DNA of 64,000 nucleotides from an uncultured virus (IMG/VR IMGVR_UViG_3300044833_000105) (IMGVR_UViG_3300044833_000105); one strand, 5' to 3'. Shown: positions 36,800-47,786, counted from the first letter of the stretch. Program-made: numbers and translations. Notes: generated from the sequence alone by a model not told the origin.

Positions 36800-39700
36800 A
36801 TCAGAACACGTTGCCAGCGAATTTCTCCGACTGGGACGATGATCATCCGGCGAAGCTCCCGGCTGACTTCTCCGGCTGGGATGAGCCGAAGCCGCGTGCA
36901 TCAGTCCCTGGAATGGAGCGATTGGGCGGCGCTGCACCAGCCGCTGGAACGCCTCCGCCACCGCCAGGACCATTAGAGTCCCCGCAGCAGTTGAAATCGC
37001 GTAGGGTTGCCGCTAACGCTCCATCGTTTATCAATCCGCGAACCGGCAAGCAGTATTTCGGCGATGATCGCGGCACTGGACCACTCCGCGTGCTCGACGC
37101 ACCGACTGAAGGAGCGCAGGAAATTGGGGAGGGCGTCAGCCAAATGGCAGAGCCGGGATTGCGCGAGAAGGCGGGCGGTCTGCATAAAGCCATCGGGGGC
37201 GCATTCAAGGCCGCTACGCCTCTCATGGTTGGCGCTGGAGCGGTCGCCCCGCTTTCGACAGCCGCGACGCTGGCCGCTAGCATGGGGGCGCAGGCTGGCA
37301 CCGAGAAAGGTCTGACGGCCGCTGGCGTGGCTCCTGAGTACGCCGGACTAGCTGGCGATGTGGCGGGTTTTGCCGCTGGTGGACTTGCAGGATCTAAACT
37401 ACACGCTCGCGGCGCTCCAGAAGCACCGCCCGAACCCGCACCGATCCCCGATTCCACCGACACCATCAAGATCCAGGTCGGCCAGCTTGCCTCCGGCCAA
37501 CGCAAAGCCGTGCTCGTGACGCCGAATGCTGCTGAAGTGCCGACACCGCCGCCAGGATTCAAGACGGTAGATACCAAAGACGGCACGCTGATCTACAATC
37601 CGAAGCTCACGAACGCCCGAACCTTGAAGCGTGCGAGCGCGTTCAACAAGCTTAACGAAGTGCTCGGACCAACCGAAGGCGGCATGGGACCGGAGAGCAA
37701 GGCGGACATTCAGGCAAGCGGCGAACCTCCAGTTGCCGTGGTCGCCAAAGCTCCCGATGGCACACCCGCGCAGGAAACTCTCGCCACGCCCGAGAAGGTC
37801 CCCGAAGCCGCGCAGCAAGCCGATAAGGTAACGCCTCCGGGTGGGGCTGTAACTACCACAACGCCAGAGCAAGTAGTTGGCGAACGCATCGCGAAACATA
37901 ACGCCGTCCAAGATCAGCCGGTCGTGCTCCAGGACTTTGAAGGCGGTCGCGGTGGATTCGCAGAACCCGCCAGAATGGTTCTACGATCTGACCGCACAGT
38001 GACTCCCGAAGAGATCCGCTCGCGGTTCTTCCCCGAGTACGGCCCCGACAAGCTCACAATAAACCCGCTCAGGAACGACGAACTGATGGGCGCGGTACAA
38101 CCGGGACGTCAGTCGTTTGATCTGCAATTCCGCGACGGCGCCAGACAGGTTAGCGCACCGCCCGGGATCGAAGAGAAGTTGGGACTAGGCACAAATGAAT
38201 CGTCTTTTCATCGCGGGCAACCAGAGGGTGAACCGCCGCCTCTCGAAACTCCTCCCCCGCAATTGGAAGCACCAAAGGCGGAAACTCCCACGCAACCCAA
38301 CGGCGAGCGCGGCGCAATCTCTGGCGACCTCGCAACCCTGGGACTCGGCAAGGCGGCGCTCGCCGCCCGTGAGCAAGCGAAAGCTTTTGTCGAGGACGCG
38401 ATGGAGCGCAGCGAGGAAAAACAGTACAAGGAAAACCAGCGTATCGACTATACCGGCGAACGTGACGTGCGCGTTGCCGAAACGAACCAGCTTCGCGACG
38501 CACTGAAGAAGGTCATTCCCGATACCGTCGATCAAGAAGCGCTCTCCCTGATGCGCGACTTCAAGAAAAAACCGGGAGAGATGGAGCAATTCCTCAACGG
38601 AACTCACCCGAGTCTCGCTGGTCTGACGCCGGAAGCACGCGCCTCCGCAATGGATGGCATCCAGAAGCTTGCACCGGCAATTGAGCGCGCGATGGACCCA
38701 ACACCAGAACTGAAAGCGGCCGATCAGGTGATGACCGAGTACTTCGATCAACATCTCGAAGAGGGCAAGAAGCTAGGATTCCTCAAGAGCAATATTTCGA
38801 GCGACGAATACATTTCGCACCTGCTTGAACCGAAAGATGCGGAGGAAATGGGCAAGAAGTTCCTTGGCTCCGCCGCCGGGAGGATTGGGCGCACAACTCC
38901 ATTCTCCAAAAAGCGGTATTACCCAACGATTCTTGACGCCGTGGCCGACGGTGTTCGTCCGCGCACGCTGAACGCGCTGGACGCACTTACGATCTACGGA
39001 GACAAGCACGCTACAGCCGCCGCGACGCACATCCTAATTAACAACCTACAGGAATCCGGCGTCGCTAAATGGGGAACGTCCAATTCCAAGAACATGCCGA
39101 AAGATTGGGTGCCGCTGGCTCCAGAGAGCCACTTATTTCGTAACGAGGTGCCATACACGAACGCAGAAGGCGAGGCGGATATAGCGCACCAGAGCCTGAT
39201 GGTGCCGCCGAAAGTAGCCGACGCACTCCGCCCGATTACCGATCCGAACTATATGAGCCGCGTGCCGTTCTTCGCTTCGGCGCGAATGTATCAGGCGTAC
39301 CTCAAGAGCGTGGAACTGGGCATGAGCGGCTTCCACCTAAAGGCGCTTAACCTCGCGGCGCTCGGTAATGAGGGCGTCACTGGACTAGTGAAGACTTATC
39401 AGAGCGACATGCAGTCGCCGGAGTTTTTGCAAATTGAGCGTGACGGCATCAAGGCTGGTCTCACAACTCCGATCCTGGGGCGCACCATCGAGGCGTACAA
39501 AGCGGTCAATAAATCATCGATCCCGACGATCAGAGAAAAGATTCAGAACGCTCCGGGCATCAAGCAACTAGTGCAAACCGCCGAAGCGATCTCGCACCTC
39601 ACGTTCAATGTAGTGCAACGTAAAATGAAGGTGACAGACTTTGCAATTAAGGACGCAAAGTGGATGGCCGATCATCCCGAGGCGACGCCCCAGGAGCACA

Positions 39701-40779
39701 CTTTAGCCCAGAGATCCATTGCAAAACAGGTCAACGCGGTGTATGGCGGTTTGCAATGGGAGAACATCGGCGTTAATCGCATGACGCTTGAAATAGGCAA
39801 GGCGCTGTTGCTTGCGCCCGATTGGACGTTCTCCAACTTCCAGAACGTGAAGCAAGCCTTTCAGGGCGGTCCCGCTGGCGACGCATCGCGCATATTCTGG
39901 CTTCGCACGGCGATCACTGGCGTTGCGCTGACACAGGGAACTAGCCTATTGCTGTCGGGGCGGCTATCCAAGGATCCAACAAGCGTGCTGATGGGACAGG
40001 ATGACCGCGGCCGCGACATCACCCAAAATATGTTCTTCGCGGGTGCCCCTGGTGATTTCGTTAACCTAGTGAAGAACGCGGTGGACTATGGTGTGCCCCA
40101 AGGCGTGGCTCAGTCCGCAGCGAGTAAGCTATCGCCCATCGCGAGGACCGCCACCCAGATGATCGTGAATCGCGGATACGACGGCCAGCCAATCGTTCCC
40201 AAGGGCACGCGCCAGGGAGAAGCGGCGCTCAGGAGCGGTGCGCATCTCGCCAAGAACCTCCTGCCGATCCCCTTTGCCGTGAGCGGCCCGCTGGCAATGC
40301 TAACGAACAAGAACCAGTCCTATTCGCCAACGGAGTACGCCACAAGCATCCTAGCCGGTGGCCATAGCCGTCACGTCGCGCCAACAAAAGCAACCGCACT
40401 GCTGGATCAATACAACCAAGAGGACGCGGCAACCGTCCGTCATCCAAAGGAACGCAACCAGATCAAGAATCAGATCACAAGCGCCATCGGCTCTGGCGAC
40501 ATGGACCGCGCCCGGCAGACCGCACGATCGGCGGTAGCGGCTGGAAAGATCACCCATGACGATCTAGTTCACTCCATTGAACGAGCGCAAACTTCGCCAA
40601 TCGAGGCGGACTTCAAACGCCTGGACTTAGACCGCGCCCTAAACGTATTCGCGGTCGCCACGCCGGAAGAAAAAGAAAAGCTCGGTCAAGAAATGTTCAA
40701 GAAGGTTCAGCAGGGGTCCCGTACGTTACCGCCTGCCGAACTAGACCGCATCCACGAGAAGATCGCCGCGATTCGCTAG
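36775..40779 (+). CDS. Large ejection/DNA-transfer protein
   Basis: 1334 aa, Cys-free, N-terminal LPA(N/D)FS(D/G)WD repeats, QVNAVYGGL.W...LLLAPDWT; last gene before fibres. Confidence 0.7.
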   Translation: MGSPTASINQNTLPANFSDWDDDHPAKLPADFSGWDEPKPRASVPGMERLGGAAPAAGTPPPPPGPLESPQQLKSRRVAANAPSFINPRTGKQYFGDDRGTGPLRVLDAPTEGAQEIGEGVSQMAEPGLREKAGGLHKAIGGAFKAATPLMVGAGAVAPLSTAATLAASMGAQAGTEKGLTAAGVAPEYAGLAGDVAGFAAGGLAGSKLHARGAPEAPPEPAPIPDSTDTIKIQVGQLASGQRKAVLVTPNAAEVPTPPPGFKTVDTKDGTLIYNPKLTNARTLKRASAFNKLNEVLGPTEGGMGPESKADIQASGEPPVAVVAKAPDGTPAQETLATPEKVPEAAQQADKVTPPGGAVTTTTPEQVVGERIAKHNAVQDQPVVLQDFEGGRGGFAEPARMVLRSDRTVTPEEIRSRFFPEYGPDKLTINPLRNDELMGAVQPGRQSFDLQFRDGARQVSAPPGIEEKLGLGTNESSFHRGQPEGEPPPLETPPPQLEAPKAETPTQPNGERGAISGDLATLGLGKAALAAREQAKAFVEDAMERSEEKQYKENQRIDYTGERDVRVAETNQLRDALKKVIPDTVDQEALSLMRDFKKKPGEMEQFLNGTHPSLAGLTPEARASAMDGIQKLAPAIERAMDPTPELKAADQVMTEYFDQHLEEGKKLGFLKSNISSDEYISHLLEPKDAEEMGKKFLGSAAGRIGRTTPFSKKRYYPTILDAVADGVRPRTLNALDALTIYGDKHATAAATHILINNLQESGVAKWGTSNSKNMPKDWVPLAPESHLFRNEVPYTNAEGEADIAHQSLMVPPKVADALRPITDPNYMSRVPFFASARMYQAYLKSVELGMSGFHLKALNLAALGNEGVTGLVKTYQSDMQSPEFLQIERDGIKAGLTTPILGRTIEAYKAVNKSSIPTIREKIQNAPGIKQLVQTAEAISHLTFNVVQRKMKVTDFAIKDAKWMADHPEATPQEHTLAQRSIAKQVNAVYGGLQWENIGVNRMTLEIGKALLLAPDWTFSNFQNVKQAFQGGPAGDASRIFWLRTAITGVALTQGTSLLLSGRLSKDPTSVLMGQDDRGRDITQNMFFAGAPGDFVNLVKNAVDYGVPQGVAQSAASKLSPIARTATQMIVNRGYDGQPIVPKGTRQGEAALRSGAHLAKNLLPIPFAVSGPLAMLTNKNQSYSPTEYATSILAGGHSRHVAPTKATALLDQYNQEDAATVRHPKERNQIKNQITSAIGSGDMDRARQTARSAVAAGKITHDDLVHSIERAQTSPIEADFKRLDLDRALNVFAVATPEEKEKLGQEMFKKVQQGSRTLPPAELDRIHEKIAAIR

Positions 40780-40797
40780 CTCTAAACCACAATCCCT

Positions 40798-41874
40798 ATG
40801 CCACTCCTCCGCACGCTCGCGTGTGCGCTGTTCGCCGCAATCTCGGCCATGGCGCAGACCACAGTGACCGACGTATTTTATCAACCGACCGGCGCGCCGC
40901 TCGCTGGCGGCACGATATCGATCTACGTCCCGAGCGCATTCTATTCGACCGGCGGCCACTTCGTTCCTGTGCTCACGCCGCCGTCTAATGGCCTTCAGGT
41001 GAGGATAAAAAAGGACGGCACGTTTTCGGTTGCTTTGTTTCCGACCGACATCGCGACTGGCGCTTTCTACACCGTATGCTATTCGTTCGGTGGACCCTGC
41101 GAAACGTGGACGGTGCCAACGTCTATATTTCCGGTTAACTTAAGCGTCGTGCGCACTGTGCCAGCACCGATCCCTGGTGGTATAGTGGCGCTCTCTGCCA
41201 TTGCCGGAGCCACCGCTAGTCCCGGAACTTGCATCACGTCCAACGGCACAAGCTGGGTATCTGGACGATGCGTCCAACAATGCATTTCTGGTTCGAGCGG
41301 AACCAACCATGTGTGTTCTCTTTCACCTACGCTTACCGCTTATACCCAGGATGCCATCTTTGAGTGGCGCAGCCAAAGTGCGTGCGTGGGTGGAGATACG
41401 CTCAGCATCGACGGCCTTGGGGCATTGCCAATCCAAAAGGAGTCCGGAGGCACGCTGATCGCTCTTGCGGCAAACGACTGTTTAGCGAATACTCCCTACC
41501 TTGTTCAGTTCGTGACTAGCTCATTCAAGCTTTATCAGTCCGGAGGTCCGGGGGCTTGGCAAACGATCACCCTGCAAAACGGGTGGACCATAGGCGGAGC
41601 AGACCAATACAGACTAGAACAAAACGGAAATACCGTACGCGTAACCGGCACAATTGCGGCGGGAACGACCACTGACGGCACGGTCATATTTACCTTTCCG
41701 GTTGGCTTTCGTCCACCAATGGCAATCGCTTTTCCAGTGGTTGTTTTGGGAGGGGGCGGCACTCCGACAGGTACCTGCGAAATCCAGGTTTCCACCCTTG
41801 GGGCGGTGACCATTTACGGCTTTGGAGCGAACACCTTCATCCGGCTGGACTCGATTTCGTTCTCCATTAATTAA
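40798..41874 (+). CDS. Tail fibre/receptor-binding protein with Sec signal peptide
   Basis: MPLLRTLACALFAAISAMA-Q; G.PLAGG; PTLTAY...TLSIDGLGA; C-terminal WQTITLQNGW...TVIFTFPVGFRP. Confidence 0.8.
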   Translation: MPLLRTLACALFAAISAMAQTTVTDVFYQPTGAPLAGGTISIYVPSAFYSTGGHFVPVLTPPSNGLQVRIKKDGTFSVALFPTDIATGAFYTVCYSFGGPCETWTVPTSIFPVNLSVVRTVPAPIPGGIVALSAIAGATASPGTCITSNGTSWVSGRCVQQCISGSSGTNHVCSLSPTLTAYTQDAIFEWRSQSACVGGDTLSIDGLGALPIQKESGGTLIALAANDCLANTPYLVQFVTSSFKLYQSGGPGAWQTITLQNGWTIGGADQYRLEQNGNTVRVTGTIAAGTTTDGTVIFTFPVGFRPPMAIAFPVVVLGGGGTPTGTCEIQVSTLGAVTIYGFGANTFIRLDSISFSIN

Positions 41875-41884
41875 GGGAAACCAA

Positions 41885-42778
41885 ATGAAAACATTTCTGC
41901 TGCTGTTCGTGTGCCTGCCGCTTGCGGCGCAAACTTGGGGAATCACGCCGCAGCCCGGGGAGCCTTACCGCATCGGCGGAAGTGGCGGTGGCGGCGCGTC
42001 AGCAACCTACCAGCTAACCGATTTTTCGTTCACACGCACAAATGGGACACAGCTTACTGGGCTAGCAGGCTGTGGACCATCTACCATTTGCAATATCGGA
42101 AATGGACCGGTCTACACCTTCACCACGGGCGCGACAATAACCGTCGCTTCTGGAACCGGAACGATCTACGTCTACGTGGACAACGCTGGAGTTTTGACGG
42201 CTGGTCACAACATCACCGCGTCATGCTCTGGATGTACGGCGGTTGGCGGGATTACAGCATTTCCAAATGACTCAGTGCCGCTGTACAGGTGGACGGTTAC
42301 AGCGGGAACACTGGACGCAACGAGTCCGCTGTTCGACAAGCGAGCGTTCATCAGTGGAACTCCGCTGATACCCGGAACCGGAATTAACATAACCGGATCA
42401 CCTAGAACAATCTCAGCCGATCTGACGGTAGTTGCGCAAGCCCTCAACTTCTCTACGCCCGGAGCATCGCACACGTTCAGTGGACAATCGGACATCTTCG
42501 TCTGCACCACCACCTGTACGATCACGGTTCCCGTTCCAGTTACGGGAACGCACCCGCAGTATTGCGCAATGAATGGAACAGGGGTAAGCACAGTGATCAC
42601 GCTAGCGGCTATCGGATCGGGCGTCAGCTACGAGAACACTGCGCGCACGGCGTCAGGCACTGCGGGCACGGGCACGATGGTATCAGGAGGATCTGTCAAA
42701 GACATGATTTGTATCTTAGGGCAGGATTCCACTCATTACCTTACGACCACTTCGAACGGACCATGGACAGCAAATTAA
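41885..42778 (+). CDS. Tail appendage protein with Sec signal peptide
   Basis: MKTFLLLFVCLPLAA-Q; G/T/S-rich; PGTGINITG; 8 Cys in mature part. Confidence 0.7.
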   Translation: MKTFLLLFVCLPLAAQTWGITPQPGEPYRIGGSGGGGASATYQLTDFSFTRTNGTQLTGLAGCGPSTICNIGNGPVYTFTTGATITVASGTGTIYVYVDNAGVLTAGHNITASCSGCTAVGGITAFPNDSVPLYRWTVTAGTLDATSPLFDKRAFISGTPLIPGTGINITGSPRTISADLTVVAQALNFSTPGASHTFSGQSDIFVCTTTCTITVPVPVTGTHPQYCAMNGTGVSTVITLAAIGSGVSYENTARTASGTAGTGTMVSGGSVKDMICILGQDSTHYLTTTSNGPWTAN

Positions 42779-43479
42779 GCATTATATTTCTCTTCTTCGC
42801 GCTCACGTTGCGTGGGCAGATCCTCACGCCTATTCTATTCGGCAATGGATCGCCGGGAAGCAGTTTCGTCCAGATCGGAGCCACGGCTACAGCGGCGTCG
42901 ACTAACGGCAACACCATCGCCAGTGCCTCTATCGGCAATATAGCCACGGCCACGATGTGCGTGGCGTATGTATCCACTTTTAGCAATAGTGCCGTAGTAA
43001 CAGATAACTGCGGAAATACCTATACCTCGGTTGCGAACTTTACATCCGGCAGCAACAGGGCGGAGATCTTCCGCACCACTGGTGCATTTAACGCGTGCGC
43101 GAACGAATTTTTCCAATTTGCAGGAACTAGTATTTTTCCTGCTGGGTTTGGCCAGTGCTGGAAGGGTCCGACGGTCTTAGACCAGAACACGGGCGGGCCC
43201 TCCGCTGGAGCGCAAAGCAGTGTAGCGACCGGCTCCATCACTCCGACCGGAACCCCCTCGCTGGTTATTTCTGGCGCGATCAACTGCAATAACAATCCCG
43301 GCACCATGAGCGTTACTCCCAACCTGAGCCTGGATGCGCAACTCAACAACGTAGCCGGGCAGCACTGCGCAGGGGCCATGGGGCACACGGTTCAAAATAT
43401 CCCAAGTGCCATAAACGTCACGTGGTCCTGGACTGACGCCCTCAGCACGATGGCGGGTGCCATCGCCTCTTTCAAATAA
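42763..43479 (+). CDS. Beta-sandwich appendage protein with signal peptide
   Basis: KLSIIFLFFALTLRG-Q; VTDNCGNTYT; TGSITPT; 6 Cys. Confidence 0.7.
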   Translation: MDSKLSIIFLFFALTLRGQILTPILFGNGSPGSSFVQIGATATAASTNGNTIASASIGNIATATMCVAYVSTFSNSAVVTDNCGNTYTSVANFTSGSNRAEIFRTTGAFNACANEFFQFAGTSIFPAGFGQCWKGPTVLDQNTGGPSAGAQSSVATGSITPTGTPSLVISGAINCNNNPGTMSVTPNLSLDAQLNNVAGQHCAGAMGHTVQNIPSAINVTWSWTDALSTMAGAIASFK

Positions 43480-43481
43480 CC

Positions 43482-46400
43482 ATGAGACTTATCTTACTTC
43501 CTCTCGTCTTAGCCTCGGCGCTGTTCGGTGCAACAAGCATCGTCAGCATCACCCCGACCGCGACCCAGGCGCGGATTCAGGTGAAGACCGATCAGCCTGG
43601 CAACTGCACATTTCAGGTAAGCGAAGGAGCGTCTATTGGCACGCTGGTAAACGACGTCAACACTAGCCTTTTTGCTGGCTCTAATTCAGACGCGCGCGCT
43701 CCGTATCTCATAACCGGCTCATCGCATATATTTATCGCCGGAAACCGCATTCCAAGCAAGGCCACTAATGGGTTATGGAAAACGCGGGCCCTGCAAGCCA
43801 ACACTCTTCATACCGTACAGGGGACGTGCGGATCCGACAACGTCACGCAATCATTCTTCACCCGCAACCCGCAACTTGGGGATCTGGCACCAGAAACCCT
43901 CTCGTTCGACACAACGGCTCCATACAATGCTGTTCTTCCCAGCATAGATATGTCGATGACCGGACAAAACGATACCGGGCAGGCGTCAACCTATATTGAT
44001 CAGACGGGAATACAGATGGTTCGTATCACCGGTCCCATGCAGGGGGGGCAAATCACCACGAACAATGCGGCAATCACAGGAACCGTTTTCGATCCCGCTT
44101 CTGCGTGGACCAACCCGCAAAACGCCATTAGCAATTCTGTTTTTGCGACCATCGGCACAGCGGGCTCGGCAAACGCGCTTTTCATCCCTCTTGGTTTCGG
44201 AGCAAACATAACCTCAAACAATTTCCCCTACGGCAAGTGGGACAGCCGCGCGGTCATCGACGACTTGAATATATCGCTGAACGCAAGTGGTTCGTCGGCG
44301 ACCGCGGCGGATCGGGTAATGCAGGCATGCATTAAACTGCACGCTACCGGTGCTTGCGCTACCGACACAATCACCATTTCAAATATTCCACAGACCACAC
44401 CCACTCAGGTCAATTTCCCCAATACCCCAAGCCCCACGGTTTGGAATCCATTCTGGAAGCTCTGGACAACTTCACATCCCTACCCTGCAGCCATCGATCT
44501 GGGAACCAGAACCGGAACGGCCACGATGTCAGGCACCACCATCACCTGGGCAAGCAGCGACCTATTTCCTAATACACTCATCGCCGGTGATCGCATCAAG
44601 CTAGTCGGCTCAGCGTGCAGCAACGGCGGAACAGATTTCTGTACCGTCGCAAGCGTCACCGATTCCAAGCATGTCGTCACCGTGGAGTCAAAGACGGTGT
44701 CGTCGGCTGCCGCGTTCACGATCAACAATGCCGGATTATCCATTTGGAAAAATAACGCCAACGGAACGGTGAGCATTAACACCGCGACTTACTACACAGC
44801 TATCGGCACAAGCTACGGGACGGCGGCCAATGAGCAGAAGGACACTTGCTCGCCTGTTACTTTCAGTCTGCCGGTGTTTCGCGATGGATCAACCCGCACG
44901 CCAGCGGTACCGGCGCGCCTGTGCCAGTTCCAAGCGGCGACATCCGCAAACGCAGCTTATGTTTTTGTGCCGAGCACCGGAGAAGCGTGGCACATCGCTA
45001 ACGGAGTCACTACATTCCCTGGTCCAGGTCCGGGCGGCTCTGGATCGCCGGATCAAATCAACACCGGCCCTAGATGCACACAGGACGGGCCGTCTTGGCA
45101 TCCCACCGACCCATTCAGCTGGTATTGCGCTAACAGGTCCGGAACGGGGTTTTATGTCGTACTGAAGTTCACCTATAACTACGTTGTGGGTGCGGGATCG
45201 TGCAACGGACGAGAATGGAACGACGTAACTTACGGCAGCGTGATCGAAAATCCGTGCGTCGGCATCGTGAACGACACCCCAGCATCGCTCGGACAAAACA
45301 TCGAGGCCAAGATACTGGCCGTTGATCCGACTTTCACCACCGCAGCGCAAAACTACTTTCTCTACAACGGCGGCACTGGCGGAGGTCCTGTCGGTGGGGT
45401 TGGTAAATACCTGCTTTTCGGATTCACCTCTGCGTCGCAGAACACACTTGGCTATATGGCCTGGTACGACACACAGTCCAAGACAATCGTGAAGGTCGCG
45501 AATACCTATAGCACGTCGCCGATGCGTTGGTCGACCCTGCACGGGGCATTGCTGGTTCACGATCTACACAGCGACTGGAGCCGCATCAGTATAAACTATC
45601 AGGCAAATTATCGAAGCGGGCAGACTGGGCAGGATAAGTCTGAAATGGCCATAGTCTCGATTGCGGGACGAGGAGATAATAATCTTCCATCAAACTACTT
45701 CACGGCGTGCCCAGCAGGACTAGATGCCCGCTGGCAGGCTCTAGGGGCGACGGCGGGAGCAATGAAGTGCGTCCAGATCACCATGGACGGGGAACCGAGG
45801 ATGCAGAATCCTTCGGCTAACGACAAAGCCTTCTTTCCGGCCAGTCCGCTGAATGCCGCATGGACGCAGATCCAGCCACTTATCGAGGGCGATGAAATTC
45901 AGGACAACGTACTAGGTGCCTTTTCCGAGGGACTTCTTGTGGTCAGGAAGACAGCCGGGACCGGGAACCAGATTGTCCTGGATATCCTTCGTGCTCCACA
46001 GTGGCAGACCAATGGAGTTTGCCCTGCAGCGACCAGCCATACAGCATGGGTGCCGATCATGATAGCGGCTCAGCAATGCGGATCGGACGGGTACTGGGTC
46101 AACGTGACGGGGTCAGCGGCGACCGTCGCGGAAGACGTCAGGCTGGGAACATCGCATCTCGATTCTTCGGGAATCGGACCAAACGGAGGATTAACGGTCA
46201 CGACCGGATTGACTCGCGCTGGAGCCTTCCCGGCGGCGATAAACACCAACTCTCCGTACTCCACGATTGTCTACCAGCCGCCATTCAATGGCAGCAATCC
46301 CTTGGGATCGGGTTCGTTCGTCGCGCAATCGCATCCATCCTCTCGTCAGGTCACGGCGCCGCTATCCGAGCAGGGATGGGCAATCGACGGACATCCTTAT

Positions 46401-47345
46401 GCAGGGGGTACGGTTAACGGGTCGTTCACGCCCCTCTGCACACTGGGAGCAATAACTTTGCAGGGCGGCACCTCCACGGTTTATAAACTCACGTTGGCCG
46501 GAGGAAGCTGTCCGGCAACGCTCGACATGAAGAATTTTCCACTGGAGGTCACGGCCGGCCGATTCCTTATGGGCGACATTAGCAGCGCGGCTACCGGCAA
46601 CCAAGTTACCGATTCGACTCCTTACCGATGGTGCTACACGGCAGCGGTAAACGAATGCCGCACAGGATCCGCGATTGGAGACGTTTACGCAGCGATTCCA
46701 TTCGGAGAAACTGGTACCGCCTGCTCATACGTCAACTTCGACATCAATTCCCCCTGTGTGTTCGCGAAATACGGACTCGTCGGTAACATCGTCCAGTGGG
46801 ATGTAAGCAATACGGACTCGACAGGGGCGGGAGCGCGAAAGCTTGGCCACGGACTTACAGTTCCCACTCACGCCGGAGGATTCTGGAGCGGGACTTCGGA
46901 TCCAGACGGTAAGTGGGCGTTCTTTGGACCGGTACTAGCCGACAACATGGTGGTGGCACAGTATTTCGCATATAAGCTTCCACCCCAGCCAGCACGCGAC
47001 AGCAACTCACGCAACCAGTACACCGACGTGCCGATGCAGTTATCAGGGATCTCCGGCGACACCATCCGCGTTCGCTACGGCTACCAGGAATTGGGCGCGG
47101 TGGACGGCTCGGCAAATTCCCTCTACTGCACATCGCGGACCGAGAGTTGCTATTCGACGGCCGCGCCGAGCACGTCGACGCCGTTCCTGTATGCAGGTGA
47201 AACGCAGTCGTATGTAAGCTGTAACGGCCCGTGCGTAGTTCACGTTCAGGCGATTCCTAACCGGATGATGTTTTACACCGTCGAGCGCAAGAATGGCTCA
47301 AACGTCAAGATCTCAACCGTACAGCCGCCTATAGCCGTCAACTAG
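43482..47345 (+). CDS. Large exported Cys-paired protein (tail spike/adhesin candidate)
   Basis: MRLILLPLVLASALFG signal; 1287 aa; 26 Cys. Confidence 0.7.
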   Translation: MRLILLPLVLASALFGATSIVSITPTATQARIQVKTDQPGNCTFQVSEGASIGTLVNDVNTSLFAGSNSDARAPYLITGSSHIFIAGNRIPSKATNGLWKTRALQANTLHTVQGTCGSDNVTQSFFTRNPQLGDLAPETLSFDTTAPYNAVLPSIDMSMTGQNDTGQASTYIDQTGIQMVRITGPMQGGQITTNNAAITGTVFDPASAWTNPQNAISNSVFATIGTAGSANALFIPLGFGANITSNNFPYGKWDSRAVIDDLNISLNASGSSATAADRVMQACIKLHATGACATDTITISNIPQTTPTQVNFPNTPSPTVWNPFWKLWTTSHPYPAAIDLGTRTGTATMSGTTITWASSDLFPNTLIAGDRIKLVGSACSNGGTDFCTVASVTDSKHVVTVESKTVSSAAAFTINNAGLSIWKNNANGTVSINTATYYTAIGTSYGTAANEQKDTCSPVTFSLPVFRDGSTRTPAVPARLCQFQAATSANAAYVFVPSTGEAWHIANGVTTFPGPGPGGSGSPDQINTGPRCTQDGPSWHPTDPFSWYCANRSGTGFYVVLKFTYNYVVGAGSCNGREWNDVTYGSVIENPCVGIVNDTPASLGQNIEAKILAVDPTFTTAAQNYFLYNGGTGGGPVGGVGKYLLFGFTSASQNTLGYMAWYDTQSKTIVKVANTYSTSPMRWSTLHGALLVHDLHSDWSRISINYQANYRSGQTGQDKSEMAIVSIAGRGDNNLPSNYFTACPAGLDARWQALGATAGAMKCVQITMDGEPRMQNPSANDKAFFPASPLNAAWTQIQPLIEGDEIQDNVLGAFSEGLLVVRKTAGTGNQIVLDILRAPQWQTNGVCPAATSHTAWVPIMIAAQQCGSDGYWVNVTGSAATVAEDVRLGTSHLDSSGIGPNGGLTVTTGLTRAGAFPAAINTNSPYSTIVYQPPFNGSNPLGSGSFVAQSHPSSRQVTAPLSEQGWAIDGHPYAGGTVNGSFTPLCTLGAITLQGGTSTVYKLTLAGGSCPATLDMKNFPLEVTAGRFLMGDISSAATGNQVTDSTPYRWCYTAAVNECRTGSAIGDVYAAIPFGETGTACSYVNFDINSPCVFAKYGLVGNIVQWDVSNTDSTGAGARKLGHGLTVPTHAGGFWSGTSDPDGKWAFFGPVLADNMVVAQYFAYKLPPQPARDSNSRNQYTDVPMQLSGISGDTIRVRYGYQELGAVDGSANSLYCTSRTESCYSTAAPSTSTPFLYAGETQSYVSCNGPCVVHVQAIPNRMMFYTVERKNGSNVKISTVQPPIAVN

Positions 47346-47396
47346 CTAAACCCGTTCCGCTTGCAACTAAAATCTAAATCCGAGAAAAGGGGCTTA

Positions 47397-47786
47397 ATGC
47401 CGCAAGGACAAGACGTTGAGGGGGTTCGTGTGCTCCTCGACAAGCTGCAATTTGCCATCGGCAGCGAACTCCGCGATATTTTCGAGTCTCAATTTTCGTC
47501 CCTCCGCAGTCAAATGGAAGGGACGCTCAGGGGGCAGGGATTGGATCACGACAACATCATTCGCCTACAAGAGACGAGCTCCCAGGTGTTGCGAGCTATT
47601 GAGGTATTGACCCAAGACCTGAATCGTAAGCATATCGAGAACCAGACTAAAATGGATGCGCTAGCTATACGCGTCGAAATCCTGGAGAGCACCAAGTGGA
47701 AACTCGTCGGCGCTCTTTTGGTCATGTCTTTCGCTATCCCCTTGGCGGTTTCCCTCGCCGTGCGGTTCTGGCCGACGAGACCCTAG
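47397..47786 (+). CDS. Coiled-coil protein with C-terminal TM (holin/lysis-associated candidate)
   Basis: RVEILESTKWKLVGALLVMSFAIPLAVSL. Confidence 0.6.
   Translation: MPQGQDVEGVRVLLDKLQFAIGSELRDIFESQFSSLRSQMEGTLRGQGLDHDNIIRLQETSSQVLRAIEVLTQDLNRKHIENQTKMDALAIRVEILESTKWKLVGALLVMSFAIPLAVSLAVRFWPTRP

Noticed and set aside
40798..47345. Diversity-generating retroelement acting on tail fibres
   Set aside because: No reverse transcriptase ORF and no TR/VR pair noticed
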